The translations under genes were made by a program, and so were the position numbers. From positions 59,272,001 through 59,336,000 of the forward strand of contig NC_043009.1 in NCBI RefSeq assembly GCF_006345805.1: 64,000 nucleotides of DNA. Reading direction: 5' to 3'. Numbering within the stretch: the first letter of the stretch is position 1; every line of letters begins with the position of its first letter. The notes beneath the pieces are model-generated. The model did not search any database. It was not told the origin of the DNA and was given only the letters and a program-made list of their open reading frames with translations. Shown here one piece after another: positions 13,554-26,135 of this stretch. Origin of the DNA: Octopus sinensis. Its lineage: Eukaryota.

Positions 13554-14291
13554 CTCAGTTGCTCTCGTCAGACACTGTGTCTTTATATACTACATACAAA
13601 CACAAATATATACATACATACATACATACATACATACATACACACATATAGATATACACAAGTATACACCCACACATATATACACTCATATATAGTCATA
13701 CATGCACACACACACACTCACAAATTCTTGCATATATATATATATGTGTGTGTGTGTATGTGTGTGTGTGTATGTGTATGTGTGTGTGTGTATGTGTATG
13801 AGTGTGTGTGTATGTGTGTGTGTGTATACATATGTGTTTATGCATTTATATATATGCATATCAATTCTCAATATTTTAAATCTAATCCACTTATTAATAC
13901 ACACTTCATACAGAGAACTAAATTTTCACTTCCACCATATATGTGTGTGAGTCCTTGTGTGTGCTTGTGTGTGTGTGTGTGTTTGTGAATAAAATGTATT
14001 ATTCTTGTATTACTAAAATAACTTCATATAAGTGAAAAAAATCGATACATACTTTACATGGAGTACACACAATTATACGGTACTTACCCCAAAAAAAAAA
14101 CCAAGAAATTCTTTCTCTTTTTTCTTTTAGTTATTTTTAATCAGTTCTTTAACTAGCAGTGATTTGAATTTTCAAGTCGATTCTAACCGTTAAAAATAAC
14201 TTGTATAGCCAACCACACTGCCACCTCTCGTTATTATTATTACAATTTGCTGCTCAGCACATCCATTCCGCATCCCATACACGTAAACACA

Positions 14292-14329
<38 letters not shown>

Positions 14330-14469
14330 TACACACCACACACACATACACACACACACACACACAAGCACACATTCTGCATCTATTTAACTTCATAAAG
14401 ATTTCGGTTTTTTACAAAGAATGCGGTGGAGATGTTGGCTAAAATTGATAAGGCGACGGAGTGAATGAT

Positions 14470-15195
14470 TTTTCTTCTATAAATCTTTGCATAGTTTCAA
14501 ATTGTACCCAAGTCAACTTTCCGTGGTCGACAAAATAGAATAACAGTCACGTGCTGAAGTTGATTTTATCGACTTATCTCCTCATCAAAATTTCTAGTTT
14601 CATGCTTATATGAGAGGCACTTGTTATTCCGGGTTATTTTTATTCTTCTCAGTTCAAATTCCACCGAGTTGCATTTAACCTCTGATCTTAAAATAAATTA
14701 CCAGCCAAGTACAAGTTTTCGACATCACTGAGTAACCGTCCCCCGTAAATTGTTGGTTTTCTGCTAAGTTAATTAACTCAGTTTTTTTCTATTCTAGGCA
14801 CAAGGCCCGAAATATTTAGCGACATTTCGTCCGTCTTTATGTTCTGAGTTCAAATTCCGCCGAGATCTGCTTTACCTTTCAACCTTTCGGGGTCGATAAA
14901 ATAAGTACAAGTTGAATACTAGGGTCACTGTAATCGACTTATACACTCTCCCCAAATTTCTGGCCTTGTGCAAAAATTTGAAATCAATATTTTGATCTCT
15001 TTTAGGGCGGCGAGATGGCTGAACCGTTAGGACGCCGGGCGAAACACTTAAGCAGCATTTCATCTGAGTTCAAATACCACCGGGGTCGACTTAGCTTTTC
15101 ATCCTTTCCGGGTCGATAAAATAAGTACCAGTTGAGTATTGGAGTCGATGTTATCGATGTACTAATGCCTGACTTGTGCAAAAATTTGAAACCAA
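14470..15195 (+). mobile_element. Cluster of degenerate SINE family B units
   Basis: Repeated gagttcaaat(t/a)cc...gtcgac...cctttcggggtcgataaaataagtac. Confidence 0.75.
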
Positions 15196-15447
15196 CATTT
15201 AAGCATTGTCAATTCAGTTATAAATCTACGTATTGTATCTAGTTATCTTGTCAATAACAGCACGTTTTGTGTATCCAGTCAACACTTTATGTCCTTCCCC
15301 TCAACATTTATCTATGTAACCAAAATCTGCACACTGTCTAGCTATCAATTCCACATCTATAAACAGCATCTACGTATACATTTGCACAATGTGTCTATCC
15401 AGTCAACATCTCTTCAATCATCCCCTACATATTGCGTTTGTCTATGT

Positions 15448-15668
15448 CAGTGGTTTTCAACCAGGGTTCCGCGGAACCTTAGGGTTCCGCCAGTACAGTC
15501 CAAGGGTTCCGCAAGAAGTTACAAAACTGCTAAAGTCGGCAGTAATTTTTAATTCTCCTGTGCAGATATGTGTGCATAAGACTATTAAATTATTGCACAG
15601 GGGTTCCTCGAACCAGTGGAAGTTTTTACCATGGGGTTCCGCTCCAGCAAAAAGGCTGAAAAGCACTG
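15448..15668. mobile_element. hAT (Charlie-like) MITE, 221 bp
   Basis: TIRs CAGTGGTTTTCAACC / GGCTGAAAAGCACTG; perfect 8-bp TSD GTCTATGT at 15440-15447 and 15669-15676; internal GGGTTCC subterminal repeats. Confidence 0.93.
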
Positions 15669-15746
15669 GTCTATGTAGTCAACATCTACACACTGTGGCT
15701 ATTTAACAATTCTACATCGACACAAAGAGGCTATTTCTTTGTTCCA

Positions 15747-16127
15747 GTGGAGGCGCAATAGCCCAGTGGTTAGGGCAGCGGACTCGCGGTCATAGGATCG
15801 TGGTTTCGATTCCCAGACCGGGCGTTGTGAGTGTTTATTGAGCGAAAACACCTAAAAGCTCCACGAGGCTCCGGCAGGGGATGGTGGTGATCCCTGCTGT
15901 ACTCTTTCACCACAACTTTCTCTCACTCTTACTTCCTGTTTCTGTTGTACCTGTATTTCAAGGGGCCGGCCTTGCCACTCTCTGTGTCACGCTGAATATC
16001 CCCGAGAACTACGTTAAGGGTGCACGTGTCTGTGGAGTGCTCAGCCACTTACACGTTGATTTCACGAGCAGGCTGTTCCGTTGATTCGGATCAACCGGAA
16101 CCCTCATCGTCGTAACCGACGGAGTGC
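15747..16127 (+). mobile_element. SINE family C, full length
   Basis: tRNA-like A box (tagcccagtgg) and B box (ggtttcgattccc); tail ends gtaaccgacggagtgc. Confidence 0.9.
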
Positions 16128-17190
16128 TTCCATCCCATTTCTTTGTTCTGTAACCACACATTGTCTGTACCAGTACAACGTCTACACATTCTCTGTATCT
16201 ATCAAGTCAACATCCATACACTGAATCTATTTTCAGACATCCAGACACTGTATATCTATATATTAATTCCATATTTCCACTCACATTGTGTCTATTCAAC
16301 ATCATACACATTGTGTCTGTCCATATACTGAGTATACACTGAGTATTTGTATAAACTACGTTCACACAGAATGTATAACCCAGATACCATCAAGAGAAAT
16401 GTAGCACACCAGTGAAGCCTGGAATTTTACAAAAGCCTTTTTTATTATTAACAAGAAAACACTAAACACAAACCGTATCTTCTTGATTTTCTCTTTCAGT
16501 CTCATCAATGACGGGCGTCTCTGTTCGTTGATGATATCCCGATTAGAAATGAATGGAAATATAACCAGAGCATATCGTTGGTATCAAAGCCACATGCACC
16601 CACCTAAACCTCACAACAGTCCTTCTACGTATAGTTATAGTTACATATATACATACATACGTGCATACGTTTATGTATATAAGTGTGTGTGTGTTGTGTG
16701 CGTGTGATTGTGTGTACGCACGTTTGTATGAATGCGTTTATACATATATGCGTTTATACATGTATGCGTTAGTGTGTATGTATACGTTTATACATGTTTG
16801 CGTTTGTATGTATGCGTTTATACATGTATGCGTTTATACATATATGCGTTAGTGTGTGAGCGAGTGTGTGTGTATATATATATGTACACACACGCACACA
16901 TACACACACGTACACATACACACACGCACACATACACACACGTACACACACACACGCACACATACAGACAGAGATCTACTGGCAACATGTTATCCAGTAC
17001 AACCTGTCGCTTGGTTGGGCCATCGCTGGCTAAACCCAGTAACCCTACCACACCTGCTTGGTAAGGTGAGTGCTTTTCGCTGGACATTCTGTAGAACGAA
17101 AACTAAGATCTGTCAAAGAGCCGATGAACTCAATACAGCCAACGGCCATCCAACAACTGGGGGTAAGAAAATCCTAGTCTTCCTTTAGAC

Positions 17191-17709
17191 CAGGGGTGGG
17201 GAAACACCCGCCCGCAGGCGCAATTGAGCCCGCGAGCCCGCTTTATTGTGCCAGCAGGCTAATATACTCATATGTAAAAAAAATAGCAATTTTTTCAATC
17301 AAAATTTATACAATATTCGTATACCTATTTGCGACATAGGTCGCGTTTCCACTATCACTTAAAATGGTCAGAAATTAACCGGTAATTGCCATTTGAATGG
17401 AGATTTTGGTTTCACTATAAAACACATATTGATAGGTTTATACCACCCCTTAAGACCCCAACTACACTGTAGCTGAACAGTATAAAATACCTCATATGTA
17501 ATATAAACGTCCTAGATTCAGTAGCGGCGTTAATAAAGATGTTACGGGTTAATTTAATGTGTTAAACTTATCTTTATTAATGTATATCAAATTATACAGA
17601 GATATATACAAGATTTACACAGATATAAAAGTTAGAACCTGTGATTCGCCCGCGGACCATTTTCGTAGGAAATTTTTGCCCGCCGCACTAAAATGTTTCC
17701 CTACCCCTG
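17191..17709. mobile_element. hAT MITE, 519 bp
   Basis: TIRs CAGGGGTGGGGAAACA / TGTTTCCCTACCCCTG; perfect 8-bp TSD CTTTAGAC at 17183-17190 and 17710-17717; GCCCGC subterminal motifs. Confidence 0.93.
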
Positions 17710-18012
17710 CTTTAGACGCTTCTCTACTTACAGAAGAACTCTGATGTGACACCCATGATATCTTTTGCATCAGACGAGGCAGCCTGGTCCCATTTAGTGG
17801 GCAAAGCATACATAGACCCAGAGAGTGAGAATGTCTGGTATGCATGAGTGACTGCTGGTCACCTATAAACAATCTTACCCGGACTTGTGCGTCGGAGGGG
17901 AACTTTCTCTGTGCAACCCCATGGTCGTAGAGGGGTCTTTACCCTTTAACTTATTACGTGTTACATATTATGGTTAGCTGTCGCTGGCGAAGGCAAAAGT
18001 GTCAATGAAAGT

Positions 18013-18550
18013 ATTTATAGTAGCTTATCTTTCGACTTATTTTAGAACATGGTTGAGTCCATAAAATAGGATTTGACTACACCTCCATTTAGAGCACAGT
18101 TTAAGTTATCTTTTCGTGGACAAAGTTTTATGTTCCTATAACCTGTGTTAATTCTGTAACCCTTTAAAATGGAAGATAAGAAAGTTCATTTTCGGCACTT
18201 GATGATTTGTGAACCAGACAAAAATTGCTGCAACTCGGCTTGGATGTGTTACCCCACGCTCTATATTCACCAGATGTTGCTCCTTCGGATTTACACTCAT
18301 TCAGGTCTCTGCAGAACAGTGTTAATGGTAAAAATTTCAATTCCTTGGATGACGTAAAAAGATACCATGATGAATTCTTTGCCATGAAACCACCTTAATT
18401 CGGGGAAGAGGGTATTTTCAAGTTAAAGGAAAGACGGAGACGCATTGTGCAACAAAATGGTTCATATTTGGTTGACTAAAAATGTAATGGCAGGTATTTA
18501 TGATCTTTTACTTTCCTTTAAATATCGGCACGAACTTTCCGGACAACCCA

Positions 18551-18551
<1 letters not shown>
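18013..18551 (+). mobile_element. Internally deleted (non-autonomous) mariner element, left TIR eroded
   Basis: N-terminus MEDKKVHFRHLM is fused to C-terminal TRQKLLQLGLDVLPHALYSPDVAPSDLHSFRSLQNS (YSPDLAPSD motif). Right TIR tatcggcacgaactttccggacaacccaa followed by TA. Confidence 0.9.
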
Positions 18552-18584
<33 letters not shown>

Positions 18585-19769
18585 TAATATATATATATAT
18601 ATATGTTGGTGATGATGATGATGATGATGATTCATGTATATCTATGCATATTCAAATTCGCCTACACATACACACACACATGTAAACTTTCCATGAAGTT
18701 CTCTATCACTTTCTCGAACCAACCTCGCCGAGGTCGACGCGACTACTCTCTTTCATCATAGCAGACACGCTATAATTAGTACCTGACATATATTAGGTTC
18801 AACTCGCAGCTCTCCCATTGGCCTTTCTTCCTTCCACGAAACAACTTCAGACCTTGGGTGCAATGAATCACCGCTCACTAACCGACATTTTAACGCCGCA
18901 CTTCTTTTTTCCGCACTAGATTTATTCCCGAGATTTAAATGAATGAGAATACAACTAGGGCGTATCTTTCTCTTGTGAACCGCCGTGCTCATTCATAGAT
19001 GATTGTTATCGTTATTAAACACGTCCTTTCATTCATATATATATTTCTTTTTTTTTTCATTATAATCACCTGTGTAATAGGTGTGGTGTAGCCAACAGCT
19101 TGTATTTCCTCTGTTATGTTGATTAGGAATTTCGACTACCTTCTGTCTCAGAGAGGAGTAGTCGGAGTACAAAGGAGTAAAGTTCGTTGTAAAAAGGCGA
19201 GAGAGAGAAAAGTCATTCAACAGATTTGGGCGCCTGTCTGTTCGAGGTTTCATTCTTAAACACTGTGCTGTAGGTATTTGAGCCGCCAACGCCGCCGCCG
19301 TGGTTGCCATTGACATCGACGCCGACCCCGCCGCTACTGCTGCTTCTGTTGATGTCTTTGTTGGTGTGCTGCCGTGAGCGTTGTTAGTGGTGGTGGTTGT
19401 GGTGGATGTGTTGTTATTGTTTGCTTTAGAGTGTCGGTGGTGGTGGTATTGTTCGTGGTTGTGGTGGTGGGCATTGATGGCGGTGGTTTTATATATATAA
19501 ATATATATATATCCTCATTGACTTTAGCCAAAGATTCTTTCTTCGAATGAAAATTTCTGTGTATATTCATATACGCATGACTATATACATGTGTGTGTAC
19601 GTGTGTGTTTGCGTATGTGTGTGTGCGCGTGCGCGTATATGTATGTATATGTCCATATATATATATACGTGTATATACATATATATGTGTATGAGTGTGT
19701 ATGTTTGCTGTGAATTCATACATATATATTTGTACATACACATATATATATGAATATGTATGTATGTAT

Positions 19770-20358
19770 AGGCGCAGGTGTGGCTGTGTTAAGAAGCTTG
19801 CTTACAAACCACATGGTTCCAGGTTCAGTCCCACAAACCAGAAAGCACAAAAAAAACACAACAACGCGAGGACGTGGAACAAATATAGTATTATTGGACG
19901 CTCAGGAAAGAAGGGAAGAAGGAGGGTTTAACGTTTCGAGCGGATCTCTTCGTCGGAAACATAGGAGAAGTGGAAAAATGGAAGTAGAAGAAGAAAGGTA
20001 AAAGAGGACGAGGAAAAAGTGGAAGAGTCACGGACAAATTCTTTTGATTTCCAATCACGATTTCAGTGGCGTACTCCGGAAGAATGGTAACAGTAATCCG
20101 TAGGCGTAAAAATCCAGGAATTGGTATCCAAGGCACTCAGAAAATGTGTATGCATATATTTGTGTCTGTTTTTGTCCCACCACCACCATCGCTTGACAAC
20201 CGATGCTAGTGTGTTTACGTCCCTGTAACTTATCGTCCCGGCAAAAGAGAATAAGTACTAGGCTTACAAAGAGTAAGTCCTGGGGTCAGTTTGTTCGACT
20301 GAAGGCGGTGCTCCAGCTTGGCCGCAGTCAAAAGGCTGAAACAAGTAAAAGAATAAAA
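19770..20358 (+). mobile_element. SINE family A split by a Penelope-like segment (head 19770-19834, tail ~20140-20358)
   Basis: Head and tail match the family consensus; the middle is replaced by an unrelated ~300-bp segment. Confidence 0.75.
19926..19960 (-). ncRNA. Minimal type-I hammerhead-like motif within a probable Penelope-like element end (19836-20140)
   Basis: Minus strand GTTT-CCGACGA-A-GAG(ATCCG)CTC-GAAA-CGTT-AAAC: stem I, core with U4>C, stem II, GAAA and palindromic AACGTT. Confidence 0.45.
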
Positions 20359-20630
20359 CAATACATATATATATGTGTGTGTGTATTCATGTACGTGTGT
20401 ATACACGTCTGTATGTATTTGTGTTTATGTCTGTGAGTATACATACATATATGACTGTATGTGTACACACACACACGCACGCACACACACACACATATAT
20501 ATATATACTATGTAATTGTATAGCCAGTGAGTCATCTGCGTTCATCAACATTTGGCAAGTCTTGTTTTTTTTCATCTCGCAGGGTATACATGCACAATAC
20601 ACATGCGTAACACACACATAAGCGAGCGCG

Positions 20631-20685
<55 letters not shown>

Positions 20686-20707
20686 ATATATATATATATA
20701 TATATAT

Positions 20708-20827
<120 letters not shown>

Positions 20828-20861
20828 GTTTGTATATATGTATATGTGTATGTATAAATAT

Positions 20862-21072
20862 ACAACGTGGCCTAAAGTAGGTCTACAGTTGTCACGTAGG
20901 CACTTTAAATTCCTTTTAAAACATTTTATTACATTCAACTTTCTTTGTTACAATCAACTATATTAGCATAGCATAATGGCTTCATATTTTTCATCATTAA
21001 GATTTAAACTGTTAATATAAGAATGCGAAGCACATAGTTGAATAGCTGTAAAACTGTTTGGGGGCCACTCTA
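20862..21072. mobile_element. Degenerate Tc1/mariner-type MITE
   Basis: Imperfect TIRs caacgtggcctaaagtaggtctacagtt / agctgtaaaactgtttgggggccactct, TA-flanked. Confidence 0.45.
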
Positions 21073-21339
21073 TATTACATATATATATATATATATATAT
21101 GTATAATGTATGTATACTCCTTTCTATTCTTCTTTTTTTGTTTCAGTCATTTGACTGCGGCCATACTAGAGCACCGTCTTTAGTATACCAAATCGACCCC
21201 AGGATTTATTCTTTGTAAGCCTAGTACTTATTCTATCGGAATCTCCTGCCGAACCGCTATATGACGTGAACGTAAACACTCCAGCATTGGTTGTCAAGCG
21301 ATGTTGGGAGATAAACACAGGCACACAAACATATGCATA

Positions 21340-21379
<40 letters not shown>

Positions 21380-21383
<4 letters not shown>

Positions 21384-23345
21384 ACACACACGCACACACA
21401 CACATATATATGTAGACGGAAACTGAAAGAAGCCCGTCGTATATATGCGTCTGTGTGATAGGATCCCATCACAGTTCAACAACTGGTGTTGCACTTTCAT
21501 CTACGTAACTTAGCTGTTCTGCAAGAAAGCCCGGTAAAATAAGTACTAGCTATAAAAAAAATCAATACTGCTATCGATTCAATCGACTAAGAATGTTCTA
21601 AGTGGTGCCCCAGCATGGTCGTAGCCTAATGACTGACACCAGTTAACGATAAAACATAACAGAAAAAAGTTTGCTATATGGAAAATGAATCGATCCTCAC
21701 CGCAGGTCTCTGTGATAAACGGTTGATATCTTACTTTGGATAACAATGTTTTAATCTCTCACCACCCTGGGTCTCAATAAGGGTCAATATCGATTTATAG
21801 TAATTACTAATATTTAATAACATTTTATTTGGCGCAAGATGGCTGTGTGGTAAGTAGCTTGCTTACCAACCACATGGTTCTGGGTTCAGTCCCACTGCGT
21901 GGCATCTTGGGCAACTGTCTTCTACTATAGCCTCGGGCCGTCCAAAGCCTTGTGGATTTGGTAGACGGAAACTACAAGAAGCCCGTTCTATATACGTATA
22001 TATATATATGTCTAAGCCATAGAGAATTTCCCTGCACCAAATATCTGTACAGAACTTGACTTTCTCCGAGACAACAGCAGCAGCAGTAGCAGCCTGAACG
22101 TGTTTTAGTTTGTTTTTTATTATCTTATGCTGGTTTTAGTCACTGGACTGCGACCATGCTGAAGCACCCCCTTGAAAAGTTCAGTCGAACAAATCAACCC
22201 ATTATTATTTTTAAAGCAATTAATCTCTCGATCGTTTTTGCCGAAATGTTAAGGTACAGGGACATAAACAAACCAAGATTGGTTGCCAAGTAGCGTTGGG
22301 GTGTACAAGTACAAACACAGGCACAAAGCACACACACAGGCACAAAGCACACACACACACACAACACACACACACACCACACACACGCACACACACACAT
22401 ATATATGTAGACGGAAACTGAAAGAAGCCCGTCGTATATATGCGTCTGTGTGATAGGATCCCATCACAGTTCAACAACTGGTGTTGCACTTTCATCTACG
22501 TAACTTAGCTGTTCTGCAAGAAAGCCCGGTAAAATAAGTACTAGGCTATAAAAAAAATCAATACTGCTATCGATTCAATCGACTAAGAATGTTCTAAGTG
22601 GTGCCCCAGCATGGTCGTAGCCTAATGACTGACACCAGTTAACGATAAAACATAACAGAAAAAAGTTTGCTATATGGAAAATGAATCGATCCTCACCGCA
22701 GGTCTCTGTGATAAACGGTTGATATCTTACTTTGGATAACAATGTTTTAATCTCTCACCACCCTGGGTCTCAATAAGGGTCAATATCGATTTATAGTAAT
22801 TACTAATATTTAATAACATTTTATTTGGCGCAAGATGGCTGTGTGGTAAGTAGCTTGCTTACCAACCACATGGTTCTGGGTTCAGTCCCACTGCGTGGCA
22901 TCTTGGGCAACTGTCTTCTACTATAGCCTCGGGCCGTCCAAAGCCTTGTGGATTTGGTAGACGGAAACTACAAGAAGCCCGTTCTATATACGTATATATA
23001 TATATGTCTAAGCCATAGAGAATTTCCCTGCACCAAATATCTGTACAGAACTTGACTTTCTCCGAGACAACAGCAGCAGCAGTAGCAGCCTGAACGTGTT
23101 TTAGTTTGTTTTTTATTATCTTATGCTGGTTTTAGTCACTGGACTGCGACCATGCTGAAGCACCCCCTTGAAAAGTTCAGTCGAACAAATCAACCCATTA
23201 CTTATTTTTAAAGCAATTGATCTCTCGATCGTTTTTGCCGAAATGTTAAGGTACAGGGACATAAACAAACCAAGATTGGTTGCCAAGTAGCGTTGGGGTG
23301 TACAAGTACAAACACAGGCACAAAGCACACACACAGGCACAAAGC

Positions 23346-23370
<25 letters not shown>
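21380..23370. repeat. Near-identical tandem duplication, unit ~996 bp, containing SINE-A fragments
   Basis: gtagacggaaactg anchors at 21412 and 22407; ggcgcaagat at 21831 and 22827. Only a few differences; ends lie in (CA)n. Confidence 0.95.
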
Positions 23371-23403
<33 letters not shown>

Positions 23404-23480
23404 TACACACACATACATATGCGACATGCTCGCTTTGCATACAGATGGTTTTAGGATTCAGTCTATCTACGCTGCACCTT

Positions 23481-23788
23481 GTGGAGGCACATGACCTAGT
23501 GGTTAGAGCAGCGGACTCGCGGTCGTGGGATCGCGGGTTCGAATCTCAGACCGGGCGATGCGTGTGTTTTTGAGCGAAACACCTATAGCTGCACGCGGCT
23601 GCAGCAGAAGGTAATGGCGAACTTTTGCTGATTCTTTTGGCACAACTTTCTCTCACTCTTTCCTCCTGCATCTTGCAGCTGATCTGCGACGGACTGGCAC
23701 CCCGTTCAAGTGGGGAACCTATATGCTAAGGAAACCGGGAAACCGGCCCTTATGAGCCAAGCATAGCTCGGGAAGGAACATACAAAAC
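23481..23788 (+). mobile_element. SINE family C
   Basis: tRNA-like head; tail ggaaaccgggaaaccggcccttatgagcc. Confidence 0.85.
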
Positions 23789-24343
23789 ACTGCACCTTGT
23801 GTATTCATGCTTAGTCTCAGGAACCTGCCGTTCTTTTTGTCTTTGTTTTGTTTTGTTTCAACTCTTTTACTTGTCTGTGGTATAATAACATCGCTGACTC
23901 CCACTACAACAAAAGAGTAGAGGACCGCTCGATATACTAAGTACTGTAACGTGTTTGTCGTTCCACATTCTCTCTCTCCCTCTCAGCTTTTGAATATCAT
24001 ATGTGAACTTTATACTCTTTGCAATTCTATAGACAGTTCTGTTTGCGAATCGGGAAGCGGTGTGAACACCAAATGCCCATTACTCTATTATTCTAACACT
24101 TTAGTGATTTATGATTTGGTTTCCAGCAGCATAAAATCTTTTCTGTAACCCCAGGTTTACACCAATCATCCACCTCCGCCAAGTAGAAACTTTAACTTGT
24201 ATTGTCGTTTCTTCAGCATTACTAATTCTCGTATATTTTGAAACAGATTCCGTCGCTTGTTTTATTTAATATAAGTTAACCGTTGCAGCTCTGTCTTACC
24301 TGCCGTATTTTCCGACATACAAGTCGACGTAATATCCATATAG

Positions 24344-26135
24344 AACAACAGGTTTGTTGATTTGATATTTCTGTTTGTTAAGATGAAAATATTGGGTTGT
24401 CTGGAAAGTTCGTGTCGATATTTAAAAGAAAGAAAAAGGTCAATAAATACCTGCCATTACATTTTTAATGAATCAAATATGAACCATTTACTTGCACAAT
24501 GCGTCACCATCTTTCCTTTCAAAATCTTTCTGTATACGTCGGCTGCAAATTTTGGTTTAGAAAATTAGAATTGAACGCCGGCAAATACAATAATTTCAGT
24601 AGTTCTACAGTTCGCGTACAGATCTTTTGACTCTGTTCCTAGTAGTTGTGATCTTAAATTCCTAGTTTTATATCTCCATGAAGTAGACATTTTCCTTTCG
24701 TTCAAATGTCTGAAATAATTTTCTGTGTAAGCTACATGAGATGGGTCTCCGTTTGCACGTAGGATGCGTGTCTTTATATGACGTACAGTGTTGTACTGTC
24801 TCCTGGCAACACATTTAAATACCGAGTTGCAGCAATTTTTGTCTGGTTCGCAAATCATCAAGTGTCGAAAATGAACTTTCTTATCTTCCATTTTAAAGGG
24901 TTAAAGAATTAACACAGGTTATAGGAGCATAAAACTTTGTCCACGAAAAGATAGCTTAAACTGTGCTCTAAATGGAGGTGTAGTCAAATCCTATTTTATG
25001 GACTCAAACATGTTCTAAAATAAGTCGAAAGATAAGCTACTAGAAATCGGCAACCCAATACATGCTTTTCTGACGATTACCTTACAAATTCAACAACAGT
25101 TTCATTCTTTTACAGAACCATCCATGATTTCAAGTCTGTCTTGTCTACCGTATTTTCCGACATACCAATCGACGTATTATGTAACGTAAACATTCAAACA
25201 TCGTCGCCATTTTTCCAAATCGTGCTGCATTCCACGTCGAAATCTTTCTGTATACGTCGGCTGCAAATTTTGGTTTAGAAAATTAGAATTGAACGCCGGC
25301 AATACAATAATTTCAGTAGTTCTACAGTTCGCGTACAGATCTTTTGACTCTGTTCCTAGTAGTTGTGATCTTAAATTCCTAGTTTTATCTCCATGAAGTA
25401 GACATTTTCCTTTCGTTCAAATGTCTGAAATAATTTTCTGGTAAGCTACATGAGATGGGTCTCCGTTTGCACGTAGGATGCGTGTCTTTATATGACGTAC
25501 AGTGTTGTACTGTCTCCTGGCAACACATTTAAATACCGAGTTGCAGCAATTTTTGTCTGGTTCGCAAATCATCAAGTGTCGAAAATGAACTTTCTTATCT
25601 TCCATTTTAAAGGGTTAAAGAATTAACACAGGTTATAGGAGCATAAAACTTTGTCCACGAAAAGATAGCTTAAACTGTGCTCTAAATGGAGGTGTAGTCA
25701 AATCCTATTTTATGGACTCAAACATGTTCTAAAATAAGTCGAAAGATAAGCTACTAGAAATCGGCAACCCAATACATGCTTTTCTGACGATTACCTTACA
25801 AATTCAACAACAGTTTCATTCTTTTACAGAACCATCCATGATTTCAAGTCTGTCTTGTCTACCGTATTTTCCGACATACCAATCGACGTATTATGTAACG
25901 TAAACATTCAAACATCGTCGCCATTTTTCCAAATCGTGCTGCATTCCACGTCGAAATCTTTCTGTATACGTCGGCTGCAAATTTTGGTTTAGAAAATTAG
26001 AATTGAACGCCGGCAAATACAATAATTTCAGTAGTTCTACAGTTCGTGTACAGATCTTTTGACTCTGTTCCTAGTAGTTGTGATCTTAAATTCCTAGTTT
26101 TATATCTCCATGAAGTAGACATTTTCCTTTCGTTC
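24344..26135 (+). pseudogene. Decayed paralog of the 29.03-29.41 kb module
   Basis: With the mariner removed, gatatttctgtttgttaagatgaaaaTAcatgcttttctgacgatt...tcattcttttacagaa aligns to 29048-29134. The second intron is 143 nt versus 147 nt, both ending ttctacag|T. There is an in-frame TGA and a lost donor (gt>tt). Confidence 0.45.
24392..25058 (-). mobile_element. Non-autonomous mariner (same family as 18013-18551) carrying a ~300-bp host-derived filler
   Basis: TIR ttgggttgtctggaaagttcgtgtcgata; TA at 24390-24391 and 25059-25060. Interior 24522-24820 is essentially identical to flanking host DNA at 25954-26252. Confidence 0.9.

Larger units (their letters stand above)
15220..16350. repeat. 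Old degenerate minisatellite (~28-bp unit caacatctacacattgtgtctatccagt), interrupted by a MITE and a SINE
   Basis: Recurring tgtctatccagtcaacatc / acacattgtgtcta motifs at 15220-15447, 15669-15720 and 16145-16350. Confidence 0.55.

Noticed and set aside
15747-15820. tRNA-like sequences at SINE heads
   Set aside because: A and B boxes are present but there is no complete cloverleaf, and they continue into SINE bodies; not tRNA genes.
24565-24891. 108-aa ORF MEDKKVHFRHLMICEPDKNCCNSVFKCVARR...
   Set aside because: Chimera of the mariner N-terminus and captured host filler, not a gene.
25150-25190. Minus-strand YVDWYVGKYGRQDRLEIMDGS resembling an aspartic protease N-terminus
   Set aside because: Flanked by in-frame stops, lacks DTG, and is not conserved in the 29-kb paralog.
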